Shown here piece after piece: positions 61,757-64,000 of a stretch of DNA of 64,000 nucleotides. A program made the position numbers and the translations under genes. Position 1 is the first letter of the stretch; every line of letters begins with the position of its first letter. The notes under the pieces are model-generated. The model was not told the DNA's origin. It saw only the letters and a list, made by a program, of their open reading frames with translations, and ran no database searches. Source of the stretch: Heterodontus francisci (Eukaryota); NCBI RefSeq assembly GCF_036365525.1, contig NC_090413.1:22875869-22939868 (forward strand), written 5' to 3'.

Positions 61757-62654
61757 GTGAGACCTTATCCATGAGCGGTTCTTCTCTCTTCCCTCCTGTG
61801 CTGACTTCAGTTAGGAAAATAATTGCTCCTGCCCAAGGTAATGAATTTTTTTTTTTTACTTATCTGTTTTTGTCTTCACTGCTGTTCCAGTGCTTAAAAT
61901 CCTTTTTGGAAGGAAGCTTGGGTGGATAACTATACAGACTGAAGTGAAGAAGTTAAATTTTAGCATCAGTAGAAATACATTGTTGTTGGATGCTTCAACT
62001 GGCCATGTTAATTCAACTCTCATGCCATTCAACTCAATAATGCCAATATTGTGTAACTCATCTCCCTCACTTCTATAATCCAATCCAAGTGTTGTGTCTC
62101 TGCTGATTCTTTTCATTATTTTAAAAAAGGTATTCATTCTCTGGATGTGCTGGTAAGGTTGGAATATATTGCACAATTCCCTAGTTGGAAGGTGGTCACG
62201 GGCTGCCTCCTTAAACCGCTGATAACAGTTTGATGCAACTGTGAATGGCTTGCTGGACCACTTCAGCAGGTAGTTGAGTTGACTACATTGGTGTGGGACT
62301 GAAGTCATATATACTGACTAAGGACAGCGAAGTTTCTTTCTCTAAAGAACATTGATGACCCAGCGTGTCACATGATCCCCCCCCCCCCCCACCCCTTACA
62401 GATTTTTTTTTAAAAGCTGAATTTAAATTTTCAAAATGCAAAGGTGGGATTTGAACTCACGTTCTCTGGATTAGTGGTCCAGGCCTCTGGATTGCTAGGT
62501 CCAGTAACATAACCACGATACTATATCTTGTCTTCTGTCCTACTTTTTCTAGGCCTCCTGTCAAAACTTCAGGTTTATTGATTAAAAAGTGTGCATTAGG
62601 TTTTTAATTTTTTTTAAAATGTGAAGTATTTCAGAGTCTTTCTCCTGTTGATAG

Positions 62655-62732
62655 GTATAACCAAACTGCGTTATAAACCTGCCTTCAACCCCTACACCGA
62701 GCCAAGTATGGAGATCTTCAGCTATCATGAAG
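62655..62732 (+). CDS. FARSA: FARSA exon 11; last exons lie beyond the window
   Basis: tag|(G)[26 protein letters not shown]|gtatga; 78 nt. Confidence 0.96.
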
Positions 62733-63448
62733 GTATGATTGAAATGAGGAATAGTTGTTAAGGCCTGATGTACATTGCGAGTGGTTCAAGGTTCATGCGG
62801 TGGTAATGCCTCGTCTAACCTGGGTGTACTCATTTTCTTTGATAACCCTTTTATGTGTCAAACAAGAGCCCCTGCTTTAGTGTAAATTTATTATAGTCTA
62901 TATGAAGCTTGCCCAGCTTGAATTAACATTTTTTTTTTGGTCTCCCTTCTTAAGGCAGTCACTTTTGCTGAGGTCAGGTTTCACGAGTGGCAGTCCCCCG
63001 TCAGCACCGAACTCCGATTCCTCATGTGGGATCCATGTGTAGGCAGGTTGTATGCCATGGGGGCGTCACCACTAAGGCTGACTTCCCTCATGCTCTCCCT
63101 CTCGCATTTCGCTGTCTTGCAGGAGTAGTCACTGAACAATAAGAAGCATACCCCTATCTCAGGAACACAGAACCCAATGTAGCACCCCTAGTGCTGCTTC
63201 AACTGAGATCCTTGGGGGAGAAGACAGTGGAATGAATGCTTTATGTTTCATGCAGTAACATCCCTCAGCATAAGCACAAAATTTACATGATCGATTGAAA
63301 GGAAAAAAGAATTTGCATTTATGTAGTGACTTAATAGGGCATTTCAAAACACTTCACAACCGATCAAATATTTTTGGTGTGCTGCCACTGTTGCTTGGCA
63401 ACCATTTTGCGCACAGCAAGAACCCATAAATAGAAAATGAATGAACAA

Positions 63449-63600
63449 AAACAGAAAATGCTGGAAATACTCAGCAGGTCAGGCGGCAAAAATTAACTCT
63501 CTTTCTCTCTCTCCACAGATGCTGCCTGACCTGCCGAGTATTTCCAGCACTTTGTTTTTGTTTCAGATTTCCAGCATCTGCAGTATTTTGCTTTTGTATT
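63449..63600. mobile_element. Mini fold-back Penelope terminal-repeat insertion inside a Deu-type SINE
   Basis: ~40-nt inverted arms; TSD AATGAATGAACAA at 63436-63448 and 63601-63613. Confidence 0.82.
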
Positions 63601-64000
63601 AATGAATGAACAACCCTTAATCTGTTTTTGATGGTTGAGGGAAGAATAGTGGCCAGACCACTGGGAGAGCTCCCCACTCTTCAAAAGATCCCATGGCACT
63701 TCTTGCATTCGCCTCAGCAGGCAGAAGAGGCCTTGGTGTCAGCCTAGATTACTTGCTCAAGTCTATAATGGGGCTTGAATGTACAGTCTTCTGACTCAGG
63801 AGGTGAGCGTGTTGTCGACAGGAAGATGATGCTTAGAAATGCTGCTGCACTCAAAAGATCAATGATTTTAATGTTATTTAACTTATTCAGTAACTTTTTA
63901 TTTTAATCCAAACTTGCATGACCTATTCAATGGCCATGTATGGTCCATGTACATGAGCTCCATATCATCTTAGTTGGTCACAAAACCCAAGCTGAAAGCA

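Overview
This is vertebrate genomic DNA, almost certainly from a cartilaginous fish (shark/ray), judged by its HE1/V-SINE, Deu-SINE, CR1 and Penelope repeats. It holds three spliced housekeeping genes in the same arrangement as human 19p13: RAD23A (minus strand, exons 1-7, 3' end off-window), a complete 9-exon calreticulin CALR (minus, 414 aa ending KDEL) and, head-to-head with it, FARSA (plus, exons 1-11, 3' end off-window). All exon boundaries were read by hand (GT-AG, consistent phases). Introns and intergenic DNA are densely filled with retroelement and DNA-transposon relics; repeat boundaries are approximate and family names are recognitions, not database hits. Most notable: (1) a 1.3-kb near-perfect fold-back Penelope-like insertion with a 14-bp target-site duplication (TSD) in CALR intron 3; (2) a family of Penelope terminal repeats carrying minimal hammerhead ribozyme motifs, often as small fold-back insertions with an asymmetric ~37-40 nt tail; (3) a hAT-type MITE nested in a CR1 and itself containing a SINE; (4) ERSE elements and a candidate poison exon in CALR; (5) a reciprocal F/Y swap in the FARSA amino-acid-binding loop.
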